DNA from: Trueperaceae bacterium
GTDB taxonomy: Bacteria > Deinococcota > Deinococci > Deinococcales > Trueperaceae
Direction: 5' to 3'
Assembly: GCA_963662295.1 (NCBI GenBank)
Contig: OY759346.1
Span: 1,299,542 to 1,363,541, forward strand
Length of the DNA: 64,000 nt
This document shows, piece after piece, positions 63,281 to 64,000 of the stretch. Under the pieces are notes generated by a model, which saw only the letters and a program-made list of their open reading frames with translations, ran no database searches and was not told the DNA's origin. Each line of letters begins with the position of its first letter. Position 1 is the first letter of the stretch. Position numbers and translations under genes: made by a program.

Positions 63281-64000
63281 CTACGAGATGTCGTAGCCGA
63301 GGTCGGTGAGGTAGGCGGCGTTGATCCGGGCGCTCTCGAGCGGCGAGACGTCGCTGCGGCTCTGCTCGATTACGACCCAGCCCGGGAAGCGGTTGTCATC
63401 GAGGTGCTTCAGGATCGCGGGGAAGTCGATGCCGATGGTGCCCCGGCCCATCTCCGTGAACGCGCCCCGGGCCCAGTCCTTGAGGTGGACGTGGCCGAGC
63501 CGGTCGCGGTAGGTGCGCAGGTGTTCGAGTGGATCCTCGTCGACGAGGGCGACGTGGGAGGGGTCGAGGCAGAGCGTGAGCTCCGACGTGGCTGCAAGGA
63601 GGGCGTCGATCTCCTCCTGCGTCTCGACGGTGCAGGCGACGTGGGGGTGGTAGGCGACGGTGACGCCCCGCTCCGCCCCGTGGAGGGCGATGGCCTCGCA
63701 GGCGCGGGCGAGGTAGCCGTACTCCTGCTCGCTGGGCGGGCGCCAGCGGAGGCGGGTGTCGCCGATGAGGCCGTAGGCCGTCGCGCCGAGCTCGGCGGCG
63801 AAGTCGATCCGGCGCCGGTGGTGGTCCAGTTGGGCCTCGTCGCCCGGCAGCGTCGCCCTGCTGAAGAGGCTGGCGGCTCGGAGGCCGGCCCCTTCCAACA
63901 CCCCGCGAACCCGGGTGTGCGGGCCGAACCAGTCGAGCGGCTCGGTGAAGAACTCGACCGCGTCCCAGCCCGTGGAGGCGATCTCTTCGATCACCGTCTC
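63281..64000 (-). CDS. Sugar phosphate isomerase/epimerase (xylose isomerase-like TIM barrel), N-terminus outside window
   Basis: AP_endonuc_2-type motifs (GHVHLKD, VIEQ). The frame is open to the window edge. Confidence 0.75.
   Translation of the reverse strand, partial: ETVIEEIASTGWDAVEFFTEPLDWFGPHTRVRGVLEGAGLRAASLFSRATLPGDEAQLDHHRRRIDFAAELGATAYGLIGDTRLRWRPPSEQEYGYLARACEAIALHGAERGVTVAYHPHVACTVETQEEIDALLAATSELTLCLDPSHVALVDEDPLEHLRTYRDRLGHVHLKDWARGAFTEMGRGTIGIDFPAILKHLDDNRFPGWVVIEQSRSDVSPLESARINAAYLTDLGYDIS

Overview
This is a 64 kb window of a high-GC (~68%) chromosome with Deinococcus-Thermus-like features: RNase J, frequent leaderless mRNAs, a PriA with degenerate helicase motifs, and SNR-like small AT-rich repeats. 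It looks like ordinary core genome.

Gene content from start to end:
- 1-7 kb: RNA metabolism (rnj, pnp with an RGG-rich tail, rpsO), yjbQ, an S9 peptidase, and the rlmB/ribF/NUDIX group.
- 9.4-23.4 kb, all on the minus strand: a complete dcw cell-division/cell-wall cluster running mraZ-rsmH-ftsL-ftsI-murF-mraY-murD-ftsW-murG-murC-murB-ftsQ-ftsA-ftsZ, without murE or ddl. Ten-bp-phased MraZ-box repeats sit upstream of mraZ, and an RNase P RNA gene that the ORF track did not call lies directly upstream and co-oriented.
- 24-43 kb: a BMP-family lipoprotein, ligA, MscS, an NYN protein, an OmpR/HK two-component pair, SPFH, divergent leaderless purM/priA, smpB, an amidase with a GerMN partner, and an asnS-HAD-aspS-hisS cluster.
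- 43.5-46.5 kb: the one accessory-looking spot. An Xer-like tyrosine recombinase with its own leaderless promoter is bracketed by inverted copies of a ~50 bp AT-rich repeat inside an ~870 bp non-coding block. Five copies of this repeat lie in intergenic spaces across the window, all sharing a conserved GTGAA-N4-TTCAC core.
- 45.8-64 kb: birA-smc, a leaderless dnaJ-hspR operon, small lipoproteins, yebC, NAD(P)HX epimerase, and a sugar/cyclitol-type catabolic locus (family-5 SBP, GH43-like hydrolase, PhyH dioxygenase, two Gfo/Idh/MocA oxidoreductases, a TIM-barrel isomerase).

I found no CRISPR array, tRNA, rRNA, toxin or obvious defence genes.

Limits: I could not show that the repeat-bracketed recombinase segment moves, and the repeats' function is unknown.
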